Notes under the pieces: model-generated | What the model was told of the DNA's origin: nothing | Database searches by the model: none | The model's input: the letters and a program-made list of their open reading frames with translations, nothing else | NCBI GenBank assembly: GCA_036377395.1 | Contig: DASUYL010000069.1 | Span: 5,757 to 69,756 of the forward strand | DNA length: 64,000 nucleotides | Reading direction: 5' to 3' | Source of the DNA: Jiangellaceae bacterium | Lineage (GTDB): Bacteria > Actinomycetota > Actinomycetes > Jiangellales > Jiangellaceae | Part shown: one piece after another, positions 54,621 to 64,000 of the stretch | Layout: every line of letters starts with the position of its first letter | Numbering within the stretch: the stretch's first letter is position 1 | Made by a program: the position numbers and the translations under genes

Positions 54621-55421
54621 ATGGATGAGAGTCCGAAAGCCGAGGAAGGCAGCGCCGGCGCGCTGCCGGTGATCGAGTTGCGCAACGTCTCGAAGACGTT
54701 CGGCGACGTGCACGCGTTGTCCGGTGTGGACTTCCATGTGTCGCAGGGAGAGATCGTCGGCCTGCTCGGCGACAACGGCTCGGGCAAGTCGACCATGGTC
54801 AAGCTGATGATGGGAGTCCACGAACCGGATCGTGGCGGCGAGGTGTGGGTCGACGGTCAGCGCGTCCGCGACTGGTCGGTCAACCGGGCCCGGGCGCTCG
54901 GGATCGAGACGGTCTATCAAGAACGCGCACTGGCCGAGCAGCAAGCCATCTGGCGGAACATGTACATGGGTCGTGAGCTGGTCAACCGGTTCCGTCTGCT
55001 CGACATCAGGAGGATGCGCCGCGAAGCCAGCGGCGTGATGAGCGGGCACCTCGGCTTCACGTCGACGGCCGTCCACCCGGACAACGTCGTCGAGACCATG
55101 TCGGGTGGCGAAAAGCAAGGAGTCGCGATCACGCGAGCGCTGTACTTCCGCGCCCGACTGCTGCTGCTCGACGAGCCCACCATGGGCCTGTCTCTGTCGG
55201 AGACCCGCAAGACGCTCGACTTCGTCGGCTCGATCAAGGAGGCCGGGCGTTCTGCCGTGCTTGTCGACCACAACATCTTCCACGTCTACCCGGTCGCCGA
55301 CCGGCTCGTGGTACTGGATCGCGGTCAGGTGGCCGGCGCGTTCACCCGTGCCGAGATCTCCATGGACGACCTAATCGATCGTCTGTACACGGTCGCGCGG
55401 ACCGGTCAGATGGAGGCCTAG
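54621..55421 (+). CDS. ABC transporter ATP-binding protein (single NBD)
   Basis: Walker A GDNGSGKST, signature MSGGEKQ, Walker B LLLLDEPT. Confidence 0.85.
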   Translation: MDESPKAEEGSAGALPVIELRNVSKTFGDVHALSGVDFHVSQGEIVGLLGDNGSGKSTMVKLMMGVHEPDRGGEVWVDGQRVRDWSVNRARALGIETVYQERALAEQQAIWRNMYMGRELVNRFRLLDIRRMRREASGVMSGHLGFTSTAVHPDNVVETMSGGEKQGVAITRALYFRARLLLLDEPTMGLSLSETRKTLDFVGSIKEAGRSAVLVDHNIFHVYPVADRLVVLDRGQVAGAFTRAEISMDDLIDRLYTVARTGQMEA

Positions 55422-56468
55422 ATGGCGGAAAAGACCCGGAGCAGCGGCGTCGCGGAGGAGACCAGTGAGTCCGCCTTGCGCGCATCGGGCGGCAGCATGC
55501 CTGTCGTCAGTCTCAGGAAGCAACTGCGCCGCCACGCCCTGACCGTCGCCACCCTCGGTATCGCCGTGGTGATCTGGCTCGCATTCCTGGTGGCGGCTCC
55601 CGACGTCTTCCTGAACTCCAGGATCTACAGCGCATTCGCCACGACGACGCCGCTGTTCGCCATGATCGCTCTGGCCCTGACGCTGGTCGTGATCACCCGG
55701 GAGATGGACCTTTCCTTCGGATCGGTCATGGCCCTCGCCATGGTCGGGTTCGTCAAGACCATCGACTACACCGGCAATGTCCTGCTCTCGGTGCTGGCCT
55801 GCCTCGTGGTCGGAGTGGTGTGCGGCCTCATCAATGGCTACCTCGTCGCGATCCTCGGCATCCCGTCCCTCGTCATCACCCTGGGTACGCTGTTCTTCTT
55901 CCGTGGCATCGAGCTTGTGCTGCTGGATGGTCGACCGGTCGTCCTCAGAGACCCGGAGATCGAGGGGCTGCGAGACGCTCTCAACGGACGCGTATTCGAT
56001 ATCCCCAACGAGCTACTGTGGACCCTTGCGGTCGCGATCGTGCTCTGGATGGTCCTCAACCGGACGCGGTTCGGCGCACACGTGTTCCTGGTCGGCGACA
56101 ACCCGGTGAGTGCACAGCTCATGGGTGTGCGGGTCGCCCGCGTCAAGATCGCGACCTTCGTCATCGTAGGAGTCATCGCAGCGTTCACCGGCCTCATGAC
56201 GGCGATGCAGCTGGCGACCCTGTTCCCCACGCTCGGCGACGGCACGCTGCTCCAGCCGATCGCCTCCGTCTTCCTCGGCGGCACCTCGGTCTTCGGCGGG
56301 ACCGGCTCCATCACCGGTACGTTCGTCGGCTCCTTCATCATCGGCTCGATCAACGCCGGCGTCATCAGCGCCGGCATCCAGGGCTTCTACACGCAGCTGT
56401 TCTTCGGGTTGGTCATCATCCTCTCGCTGGTGCTGCAGACGCTGATCAGTCGCCGGATGCGGCACTGA
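55422..56468 (+). CDS. sugar ABC transporter permease (RbsC/XylH-like)
   Basis: Polytopic protein immediately following the ATPase stop, with a GGTSVFGGTGSITGT motif. Confidence 0.85.
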   Translation: MAEKTRSSGVAEETSESALRASGGSMPVVSLRKQLRRHALTVATLGIAVVIWLAFLVAAPDVFLNSRIYSAFATTTPLFAMIALALTLVVITREMDLSFGSVMALAMVGFVKTIDYTGNVLLSVLACLVVGVVCGLINGYLVAILGIPSLVITLGTLFFFRGIELVLLDGRPVVLRDPEIEGLRDALNGRVFDIPNELLWTLAVAIVLWMVLNRTRFGAHVFLVGDNPVSAQLMGVRVARVKIATFVIVGVIAAFTGLMTAMQLATLFPTLGDGTLLQPIASVFLGGTSVFGGTGSITGTFVGSFIIGSINAGVISAGIQGFYTQLFFGLVIILSLVLQTLISRRMRH

Positions 56469-56578
56469 CGAGTAGCGACGTGGTAGCCCGCGCAAGTGGG
56501 CCGATCCATCCTTCGCCGCCCCCCGCATGCCGAGCCCAACCCGCCCGCGTCGCCCGTGGTGACCAGAGCAGCAGAACC

Positions 56579-58009
56579 TCAGCGATCAGCGTGTTCTCTA
56601 GCCTTCACGACCCCGCGCGCAAGGGCGTAGAATGCTGCTCCCGCCGCGACGCCGATCACGAAGTCTTGTGCTAATGCGAACACCGCGCCGCCCAGCAGGA
56701 CCGCGAGCCCGATGAGTACAAGGCGCGTCAGTGGTTCGTTCGTCGTCGTTGTCTCCGGTGCCGACGCTTCCACGGCGGTCGCTCCCGTCGCGGGACGACC
56801 TTCAGGGGTGTCGCCAACGCTGGGTGCGGGTACGCGTGTGCCTCGCCATGCCTCGCCCAGCGAAAGCATCGCGCCGGTGTGCAGGATGGCGCGGGTGTAG
56901 ATGCGGCCGCCGAGCACGACCAGGGCGGCGATCACCGCGAGCGTGAGGACAACGGCGACAGCCGGATCCCACCAGGTGGCCGCGCCCATCGCGATGCGGT
57001 TGGGCATTGCCAGCGGCGCGGTGAGGGGGAACCACGAGACCAGCTGAGCCCACGTGGTATCGGCGCTGCCGATGGCCGCGAAGGAGACCATGAACCCCAG
57101 GACGAGAACGACGGTCACCGGTCCGGTGACGCTCGATGCGTCTTCGGTTCGCGAGGCAAGCGAACCGAGGACGCCGAACACCGTGGCGTATAAGGCGTAG
57201 CCCAGGACGAACCACACGACGGCCCAGGCGATCACGCTGCCGCGGATAGCGGGGATGTCGACGCCGTCGACCACGGTCCCCGCGCCGAGGGCGGCCAGCG
57301 CAGCCGCGGTGACCTGAGCCAGCCCGAGCAGCCCGATGCCGGCGATCTTGCCCGCGAGGAGGTTTCGGGCAGGCATGCGAGCCAGGAGGACTTCGACGGT
57401 GCGACTGGACTTCTCCTCGACGACGCCGCTCAAGACCATGGCCCCGTAGGTGGTGATGGCGCCGAAGAGCACCAGGGTCATGACGAAGGCGGCGGTCTCG
57501 TCGTCCGGGCTGCGCCCAGCTACCTGCCCGAGTTCGACGTTGTCGACCGGCATTGGCGCCGCCATGGCCGCCAGTTCGTCCGGACTCATCCCGGCGGCAG
57601 CGGCACGCTCGCGCACGGCGACGGACTGGATCGCCCCGGTGACGACCGCCTTCAGTTGCTCGTCGGCGCGTTGTTGCCACTCCAACTTCCGGCCGTTTAC
57701 GACCAGCACGTCGACCGCAGCGTCGCGGACCGCCTCCTCGCCGGCGGCGACGGTGTCGAAGTGGTGGATCCGGATCGTCGTACCGACGCCCTCGCCCTGG
57801 GCCTGCATGGCGGCCGCCAGCTCGGCCGGAACCGAACCGGTCAGGCCGACCTCTTTGGTGCCCGCGCCGGTGTCGAGCAGGACGGGAAGTGTCACCGCTC
57901 CCACCACAGCAACGAGCATCAACACAAACGAGATGAGAAATGCGCGCGAGCGGCCGCGCTCACGAATCTCGCGAGCTGCAACAAGCCTGACCTGGCGCAT
58001 GCCGTTCAT
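56579..58009 (-). CDS. ABC-2 type transporter permease (NatB-like)
   Basis: N-terminal TM segment, a large extracytoplasmic loop, then a multi-TM bundle. ATGA overlap with the upstream ATPase gene. Confidence 0.8.
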   Translation of the reverse strand: MNGMRQVRLVAAREIRERGRSRAFLISFVLMLVAVVGAVTLPVLLDTGAGTKEVGLTGSVPAELAAAMQAQGEGVGTTIRIHHFDTVAAGEEAVRDAAVDVLVVNGRKLEWQQRADEQLKAVVTGAIQSVAVRERAAAAGMSPDELAAMAAPMPVDNVELGQVAGRSPDDETAAFVMTLVLFGAITTYGAMVLSGVVEEKSSRTVEVLLARMPARNLLAGKIAGIGLLGLAQVTAAALAALGAGTVVDGVDIPAIRGSVIAWAVVWFVLGYALYATVFGVLGSLASRTEDASSVTGPVTVVLVLGFMVSFAAIGSADTTWAQLVSWFPLTAPLAMPNRIAMGAATWWDPAVAVVLTLAVIAALVVLGGRIYTRAILHTGAMLSLGEAWRGTRVPAPSVGDTPEGRPATGATAVEASAPETTTTNEPLTRLVLIGLAVLLGGAVFALAQDFVIGVAAGAAFYALARGVVKAREHADR

Positions 58010-58893
58010 CCGGCCACCGCCTGCCGGAAGAGCTCGGAGAGTGTCGGGGGCTCATAGGCGAACGAGACGAGATCGGTGCTGCGCCGAGCCGTGGTGATCA
58101 CGGCGGCGAGGTCGACGTCCTGGCCGACGCGGAGACGGGCCGTTTCGTCGCTCTTGTCGATGAGTTCGATGGATGGCAGCCCGGACAAGTCAGGTGGTGT
58201 GCCACGGAAGCGGAGGCTGACGAATCGTTGCGGAACCGCCGCCCGCAGCTCGGCCAGGTCACCGGCTCGGACGATCCGGCCGTCGTTGATGATGACGACG
58301 TCCTCGCAGATGTCCTCGACGAGGTCGAGCTGGTGACTGGAGAACAGCACCGTGACACCGGCAGCCGCCACGCCGGCAAGCAGATCGGACATGGAGGCGA
58401 TGGCGAGCGGATCGAGCCCGGAGAACGGCTCGTCGAGGACCAGCAGCTCTGGGTCGTTGACGAGCGCGGCGATCAGCTGAACCCGCTGCTGGTTGCCGTG
58501 TGAGAGGGCGTCGAGCCGATCGCCCGCCCGGGACGCCAGATCGAGCCGATCGAGCCACAGGTCGACGTTGCGACGCGCCTGCGTGTCGGTCAGCCCGCAG
58601 AGTTCTCCCAGGTAGACGAGTTGGTTGCGCACCCGCATGCGCGGATACAGCCCGCGCTCCTCGGGCATGTAGCCGAACCGCGCCCGCTGCTCTTGCCCGA
58701 TCGCCGCACCTCGCCAGCGCACCGTGCCGCTGTCGAGATCGACGAGCCCGAACACCGTCCGCATCGCCGTTGTCTTCCCCGCGCCGTTCGGGCCGACGAA
58801 GCCGGTCAGCCGCCCGGGTCGGACTGCGAAGGAGCACGAATCGAGCGCGGTCAGCGCGCCAAACCGCTTGGTCGCGCCGTCGAAGTCCAGCAT
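58006..58893 (-). CDS. ABC transporter ATP-binding protein (NatA-like)
   Basis: Walker A GPNGAGKTT, signature LSHGNQQR, Walker B LLVLDEPF. Confidence 0.85.
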   Translation of the reverse strand: MLDFDGATKRFGALTALDSCSFAVRPGRLTGFVGPNGAGKTTAMRTVFGLVDLDSGTVRWRGAAIGQEQRARFGYMPEERGLYPRMRVRNQLVYLGELCGLTDTQARRNVDLWLDRLDLASRAGDRLDALSHGNQQRVQLIAALVNDPELLVLDEPFSGLDPLAIASMSDLLAGVAAAGVTVLFSSHQLDLVEDICEDVVIINDGRIVRAGDLAELRAAVPQRFVSLRFRGTPPDLSGLPSIELIDKSDETARLRVGQDVDLAAVITTARRSTDLVSFAYEPPTLSELFRQAVAG

Positions 58894-58989
58894 TCCGCAC
58901 CACCACTCCCAGCAGATCGGGCCGGCAGCGGTCACTCGTAGAGTCCAAGGGCACGAGATGCGGCACAAAGGTCCCGACCCGATACCGCT

Positions 58990-60321
58990 CTACCTGGTTC
59001 GATCCCGAATCCGGCGTCTTCGGTGGGCGAACCGGCCGGCGTCGGCACGACACAGGGACGCGACATGCTTGGCCATCGCGATGATCGTCAAAATCGGCGG
59101 CCCGCCGAGCGACCGCGGGAACAGCGAGGCGTCGGCGACGTAGACGTTGTCGGGCAACCGTTCGTCGTGGAACGTCGTGGCTGTCGCCTCGGTCAACGGG
59201 AGCGTCCCTCCAGGGTGGCCCGCATTGATCGTGCCGCGGAACACGCTCGCCGGATTCGCCCCCAGGCCGGTGAGGATCTCGGTGGCGACGCCGACGCCGT
59301 CCTCGAGCCTGGCCCGGTCGGTGGCGGTCAGCAACTTCTCGATCCGGCCACGGGAGGAGACCGATCCGCCTTCCTCGTCCGCAAGCTTGATCATGACGCC
59401 GACGATGTCGGGGAGGGGATGCCGCCACGCTGGGTCGAACAGGGCGCTGATCCAGTCGAAGTACGGCGACAGGATGTAATGAGGCCGGCGCACGACGAAC
59501 GGCATCTCGATCTCGTTGCACTGCCACGCCCCAGGCATGCGGGCCGCCACGGTGAGAACGGGGTCGACGAACAGGTGGTGCTCGCAGGTGATGCCCGAGC
59601 GCTCGAGGATCGCGGGGGTTCCGAATCCGCCGGCCGCGACCACCACGAGGTCGGCCGAATGGAACCGAGCCCCGAACGGCCCGCCCACGAGCACGCCGGT
59701 CGCTCGATCACCCTCGATCACGATCCGGTGCACGCGTGCGCCGGTCACGAGCTCGGCCCCGCGGGACACCGCCTGGTCCAGAAACGCCCGGGTGTCCCAC
59801 TTGATGCCGTACGGGCACCCGAACACGCACCGCCCACAGTGCCGGCACTTGTCCGAGGTCGCCATCTTCGGAGTCACGAACGGATCCAGGCCCATGGTGT
59901 CGACGACCTCGAACAGGCGGCGAGTGGTCCGATGCCACCTGCGCTGATTGCCCGTCGTGATCGGGACCTCCCGGGCGATCTGGTCGAACTCCGGGTCCAG
60001 ATCGATTCCGATGGACCGCAGGTCGTCGTCGAGACGCATGCCGTTGCCGGTCGAGATCGTGGTCGTCCCACCGGCCGCCACCGCGTTGACCAACACCATG
60101 TCATGGGACTTCCGGACGCGGATCGCCGGCAGCGCCACCCGGAGAAGTCGTTCGTCGACGAGCAGGCGAGCCCGACGCAACTGCTCGATCGTCTTCCAAT
60201 CCATGGTCGCCCGACGGAACGGCCTTCCCTCCTCGAGGACGGTCACCTGGAATGCGCCTTGAAGCTCGTTGGCGACGGTGGCACCACCGGCGCCGCTCCC
60301 GACGACGATGGCCGTGTTCAT
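58990..60321 (-). CDS. GMC-type FAD-dependent oxidoreductase with an embedded CxxCxxCxxxCP motif
   Basis: N-terminal IVVGSGAGG, C-terminal GTINAGHPGGT and VYVADASLFP, and an internal DKCRHCGRCVFGCPYG (59812-59847). Confidence 0.8.
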   Translation of the reverse strand: MNTAIVVGSGAGGATVANELQGAFQVTVLEEGRPFRRATMDWKTIEQLRRARLLVDERLLRVALPAIRVRKSHDMVLVNAVAAGGTTTISTGNGMRLDDDLRSIGIDLDPEFDQIAREVPITTGNQRRWHRTTRRLFEVVDTMGLDPFVTPKMATSDKCRHCGRCVFGCPYGIKWDTRAFLDQAVSRGAELVTGARVHRIVIEGDRATGVLVGGPFGARFHSADLVVVAAGGFGTPAILERSGITCEHHLFVDPVLTVAARMPGAWQCNEIEMPFVVRRPHYILSPYFDWISALFDPAWRHPLPDIVGVMIKLADEEGGSVSSRGRIEKLLTATDRARLEDGVGVATEILTGLGANPASVFRGTINAGHPGGTLPLTEATATTFHDERLPDNVYVADASLFPRSLGGPPILTIIAMAKHVASLCRADAGRFAHRRRRIRDRTR

Positions 60322-60872
60322 GTCGCCCTCACCGCCGTTGGAGCCAGGGTTGCCAGGCAGGCGGGTGCGCCCTCGGTGATGCGCCGGGTGAACGCGAGGC
60401 GCTGCCCGCCCGTCAGGCCGGCGAACAGGCCGGCATCGAGCGAGGACATCACCGCGCAGACCTCCGGCCCGTAGATGCCCGCGAACGAGCACCGAGCCAC
60501 GACCACCTCACCGGTCGGAGACCCGCGCAGGTCGATGTCCAGTGCCCGGTACACGGCGCGAGCCGCGACCATCGCGTCGGCGACCGTCGTGATGCCAAGG
60601 CCCCGTCGCAGGCCGCGGCCGATGCGTTCGGCGATCCTCCACAGCTCTCGCCGGGCTGCGTGGATGTCGCCGTGCCCGGCGAGGAGCAACTCGGCTCGCG
60701 TATTCGAGAACGTCGCGTACGCGAACAGCAGATCCATGCCCGACGCCCGTGCGCGCATCGGCGGCCGGCGCACTCCGAACGCATCGGCGGTGCGATGCAA
60801 CAGCCGTCGCACGACGAACGGGCGGAGCAGCGATGGCGGGACCGCCGCGAAGGCGCGCAGCCGGAGGGTCAC
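60318..60872 (-). CDS. hypothetical Cys-containing small protein (possibly a V4R / ATC-hydrolase-like ligand-binding fold)
   Basis: GTGA overlap with the upstream gene and ATGA overlap with the downstream gene. ARCSFAGIYGPEVCAVMSSLDAGLFAGLTGG...GAPACL. Confidence 0.45.
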   Translation of the reverse strand: MTLRLRAFAAVPPSLLRPFVVRRLLHRTADAFGVRRPPMRARASGMDLLFAYATFSNTRAELLLAGHGDIHAARRELWRIAERIGRGLRRGLGITTVADAMVAARAVYRALDIDLRGSPTGEVVVARCSFAGIYGPEVCAVMSSLDAGLFAGLTGGQRLAFTRRITEGAPACLATLAPTAVRAT

Positions 60873-63664
60873 GTCCGCGCCACCTTCCTCCGCACCGGTG
60901 CCTCGTGCGCCGCGTAGAGACCGTCGATCGTCGAGCGGTAGCGTTCGGCGACCCTCGCCCGCTTCAGCTTCAGGTTCGGCGTGAGGTCGTCGCCGACCGA
61001 CAGGTCGTACTGCAGGACGGCCCATCGTCGAACCTGTTCCGGCCGCGACAATGCCAGGTTCACCCGCTCGATCGCCGCGTCGATCGCGGCGATGCGCTCC
61101 GGCGTGAGCGGGCCATCGGCCCACACCAGCGCCGAGCAGAAGGGCCTCGCTTCCCCCATGGCCATGGCCTCGGTCACGTCGGGAATCGCCCGCAGCATCG
61201 ACTCGACCTTGGAGGGGTTCACGTACTTCCCGTACGCCGTCTTGAGCAGATCCTTCTTCCGGCCCTCGATCACCAGCGCGCCATCGGCGGTCAGGCGACC
61301 GAGATCGCCCGTCAGCAGCCAACCGTCCTCAAATGGCTGGGCCGAGCCCTCGTCCGCGTACCCCACCATCACCTGGGGCCCGCGCACCAGGATCTCCCCG
61401 TCCGCGGCGATCCGCAGGCGCGTGTCCGGGAGCGGCTCCCCCGCGGTCCCGATGCGGTTGCGCCCCGAGCGGTTCAGCGTCACCAGCGGGGCCTCGGTCA
61501 GCCCGTAGGCGTCGTGGATCTCGATGCCGAGGTCCCGGAACGCACGCAGCAGCGGCTCCCCGACCGCCGCCGACCCGACCATCAGCTGTGAGCAGCGGTC
61601 GAGGCCGGCCCGGCGGAGGAGCTGGCGGCGGACGAAGGGACGCAGGAGGCGCTTCGGCGGGCCGTCGGCCATCGCCAGGAATCGCCGCCCGGCTCGCGAC
61701 GCCCGGGCCACCTCCAGGAACCTCTCGTAGAGGCGGGGGACGGCAAAGAACACCATCGGCCGGACTGCCGGCAGCGCACGCGGGAGGTCCGCGAAGTCGG
61801 CCACGAAGGCGATCTCCACGGGAACCGGCATGTAGTAGGGCGAGTAGGTCCCGAGGATGCCCTCGACCACGTGGTTCATCGGTAGGAACGACAGGTACGA
61901 ACCTGGGCGCATCCGCGTCGACCACGGGACAAGGCTCGCCATGGTCTCGGCCATCCATCGCAGCTGCCGGTGCGTGAACGCCACGCCCTTGGGCGGCCCC
62001 GTGGTCCCCGAGGTGTACCGGAGCGTGGCGACGTCGTCGAACGAGACCGAGGATCTGGGTTCGAGTGGAGCGGCACGACCTCTTTGCAGGAACGCATCCC
62101 AGCTCTCCACGGACCCGCCGGTCGCCTCCTGGTCCTGGGCGAAGGAGACGCAGGGGCGCTTCGAGGCCTCCGGGCCGAGGCGCCGCAGGGCGTCCGCGGA
62201 ACCCACGAACACCACTTCGGCGCCGCTGGCTCGGACGATGTGCTCGATGTCCTCGGTCGGGCTGGTCGGATACATCGGGACGCTGACCGCACCCACGAGG
62301 CCGATCGCGAGGTCGATCGTCAGGTATCTCGTGCCGTTCGGCCCTATCATCGCCACCCTCGTCCCGAGGCCCACACCCATGGAGCGAAGGGCCGCCGAGG
62401 CCGCCACGACGTCACTGCGGACCTCCGGGCCGGTGCGTGCCTCAGTGCGGTCGCCGAGGATGTCCAGGTACCGCATCGCGAGAGATCTGCTCCCGAGGCG
62501 GAACAGAGCCTGTTCGTGGACCGTGCGGTCGGAGCGGTGCAGGAACCCGTGTTCCACGGCGTGCTCGAGAAGGGCAGGCAGGAACGTTCGCCACGGCAGT
62601 GCGTAGGGGCCGAGCACCCGGTCGGTGTTGTCCCGCCGGAAGCGACGCTTCTCGCGCAGGTACGGGCGCAGCACCGCGGTCGTGGATCTCGATCGGGATC
62701 CGCCACGCCGCTGGAGTTGAGACGCCGCGACCGCGGTCCGCCGCACCGTCGGGATGGGCAAGAACACAACGCGCGGGAGGCGGATCCCGAGCCGCTCCGT
62801 CGCCCACCCGCGGACGAACCGCATCAGTTCCAGTGCGCTGGGGAGATCCTCTGGCGGCGCGGTGAGGTGGAAGGTCGTCCCGTCCGCCGCCGGCTCGAAC
62901 GTCAGCCGCACGATGGCCTCCGCGACGTAGTCGACGGGGACGATGTTCACGCGGAGGCGACGGCTCGCGGGCGCAACCCGGAGATGGCCGGTCAGGTACC
63001 GGCGGAGGGCGACGTAGAAGGTGTTGAACGTTCGAACCTCGCCGGTTCGCGAATCGCCCACGATCATCGCCGGCCGGAACACTGCGACGGGCAGGTGATC
63101 CATCTCGGCGCGGACCAGTCGCTCACCCTCGAACTTCGTCAGCTCGTAGGAGTTCTCGAACCCGAACCGGCCGTCGAGTGCCTCCTCGGACACCTCGCCG
63201 GTCCGGCCGCCGGCCACGTACGCCGTCGAGACGTGCGAGAGGCGGGAGAGCCCGTGATCCGCGTCGCACGCACGGGCGAACGCCAGCACGTTGGCGACGC
63301 CCTCGACGTTCGTGGGTCGAAGTTCGTCTGGACCGGTGTCGATCCGAAGGTCCGCTGCCGCGTGGATGATGTGGGTGACCCGGCGGACCAGGTCACCGTG
63401 GACGAGCGGGTCGAGTCCGAGGCCGCCGCGGCGCACGTCGCCTGCAACGATCTCCAGCCGTCCCGCACCGAGTGCCTCCGCCAGATCCGGTGCGTACGAC
63501 CACGCTCGCGCGGCCGTCAGCCGTGCCTCCGCCTCGTCGGGCGCCAGTACGAGCGCGACGACCCGACCCTCCGATCGTCGCAGCAGCGTGCGTGTGATGT
63601 CGGTGCCCAGGAACCCCGTGGCGCCCGTCAGCAGAACTACGCCGCCCATACCTGCGGCCTCCAC
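60869..63664 (-). CDS. fusion of an N-terminal thioester-reductase-type SDR domain with a C-terminal AMP-dependent acyl ligase domain
   Basis: R domain: LLTGATGFLG and SYELTKFEGE (YxxxK). A domain: YTSGTTGPPKGV, DAYGLTEA, GDLGRL...IEGRKKDLLKTAYGKYV. No carrier-protein segment is visible. Confidence 0.85.
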   Translation of the reverse strand: MEAAGMGGVVLLTGATGFLGTDITRTLLRRSEGRVVALVLAPDEAEARLTAARAWSYAPDLAEALGAGRLEIVAGDVRRGGLGLDPLVHGDLVRRVTHIIHAAADLRIDTGPDELRPTNVEGVANVLAFARACDADHGLSRLSHVSTAYVAGGRTGEVSEEALDGRFGFENSYELTKFEGERLVRAEMDHLPVAVFRPAMIVGDSRTGEVRTFNTFYVALRRYLTGHLRVAPASRRLRVNIVPVDYVAEAIVRLTFEPAADGTTFHLTAPPEDLPSALELMRFVRGWATERLGIRLPRVVFLPIPTVRRTAVAASQLQRRGGSRSRSTTAVLRPYLREKRRFRRDNTDRVLGPYALPWRTFLPALLEHAVEHGFLHRSDRTVHEQALFRLGSRSLAMRYLDILGDRTEARTGPEVRSDVVAASAALRSMGVGLGTRVAMIGPNGTRYLTIDLAIGLVGAVSVPMYPTSPTEDIEHIVRASGAEVVFVGSADALRRLGPEASKRPCVSFAQDQEATGGSVESWDAFLQRGRAAPLEPRSSVSFDDVATLRYTSGTTGPPKGVAFTHRQLRWMAETMASLVPWSTRMRPGSYLSFLPMNHVVEGILGTYSPYYMPVPVEIAFVADFADLPRALPAVRPMVFFAVPRLYERFLEVARASRAGRRFLAMADGPPKRLLRPFVRRQLLRRAGLDRCSQLMVGSAAVGEPLLRAFRDLGIEIHDAYGLTEAPLVTLNRSGRNRIGTAGEPLPDTRLRIAADGEILVRGPQVMVGYADEGSAQPFEDGWLLTGDLGRLTADGALVIEGRKKDLLKTAYGKYVNPSKVESMLRAIPDVTEAMAMGEARPFCSALVWADGPLTPERIAAIDAAIERVNLALSRPEQVRRWAVLQYDLSVGDDLTPNLKLKRARVAERYRSTIDGLYAAHEAPVRRKVART

Positions 63665-64000
63665 CCGTGCTCGGCCGCGAAGGCCGCCAGCAGTTCGGGG
63701 TTCCGACGGGCCGTCGCGACGTGGCGTTCGTACTCTCGGCGCAGCCGGGCACGGAGCAGATCGTCATCGGTCAGCAGGCGGTCGACCGCGGCCGCTAGCT
63801 TGCCGAACATTTCCGCACCGGGAGTCAGGCACAACTCCGGCATCCCCATCTCGTCGAACAGCGTGCGCAATCGGAGATCCTGCGCAACGGCCACCTGTGG
63901 CACCGCCGCGGCGATGGACAGGACCGACGCGTGGTACCGGGATGTGACGAGCGCACCGAGGCCGCGGAGCAACGCCGTCATCTTCGAGGCGTCGAGGTCG
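63637..64000 (-). CDS. polysaccharide pyruvyl transferase family protein, C-terminal fragment (the gene continues beyond the window end)
   Basis: The frame is open to the window edge. LGALVTSRYHASVLSIAAAVPQVAV resembles the conserved R-x-H region of pyruvyl transferases. Confidence 0.55.
   Translation of the reverse strand, partial: DLDASKMTALLRGLGALVTSRYHASVLSIAAAVPQVAVAQDLRLRTLFDEMGMPELCLTPGAEMFGKLAAAVDRLLTDDDLLRARLRREYERHVATARRNPELLAAFAAEHGWRPQVWAA

Noticed and set aside
1-64000. Scan for CRISPR arrays, tRNA/rRNA genes, transposases, integrases, phage genes and toxin-antitoxin pairs
   Set aside because: I found no regularly spaced direct repeats, no cloverleaf-like sequences in the short intergenic gaps, and no ORF with DDE, tyrosine-recombinase or serine-recombinase motifs. 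The window shows no obvious mobile-element boundary.

Overview
This is a G+C-rich window with strong third-codon-position G/C bias, typical of an actinobacterial chromosome. It is densely coded, with about 60 supportable CDS. I saw no rRNA, tRNA, CRISPR array, transposase or integrase. Most of it is ordinary chromosomal content. This includes an otsA 3' fragment, soxR, a fused secDF, a complete six-gene mrpA-G cation/proton antiporter operon, and a SHOCT/PLDc_N membrane-stress cluster. It also includes an arylsulfatase with a CMD-family gene and a MalT/LuxR-type regulator, then fprA, folE, tal, a ferredoxin reductase, an ArsR-AHSA1 pair, a glycogen-debranching/GT4 pair, a nitrilase, and two ABC transporter loci. 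Four things stand out. (1) At 28.7-33.6 kb on the minus strand there is an operon joined by overlapping start and stop codons. It encodes a 700-aa CHAT (caspase-like) protease, a 492-aa protein with a lipase/PGAP1-like alpha/beta-hydrolase domain behind a long N-terminal extension, a dienelactone-hydrolase-like protein, and a small upstream ORF that only reads through with a frame change. I consider this the best candidate for an uncharacterised conflict/defence-type system. (2) At 37.3-41.0 kb there is a roughly 1220-aa protein without a signal peptide that fuses an S41 peptidase to an S8 subtilase. It sits next to a leaderless LivK-like binding protein and an MBL hydrolase. (3) A DUF488 gene is interrupted by an in-frame TAG. 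(4) At 59-64 kb there is a translationally coupled biosynthetic-looking operon. It contains a pyruvyl-transferase fragment, a reductase-adenylase fusion in inverted domain order, a small Cys-containing protein, and a GMC-type flavoprotein carrying an embedded CxxCxxCxxxCP motif. All functional calls come from reading motifs in the supplied translations, and no database search was run.
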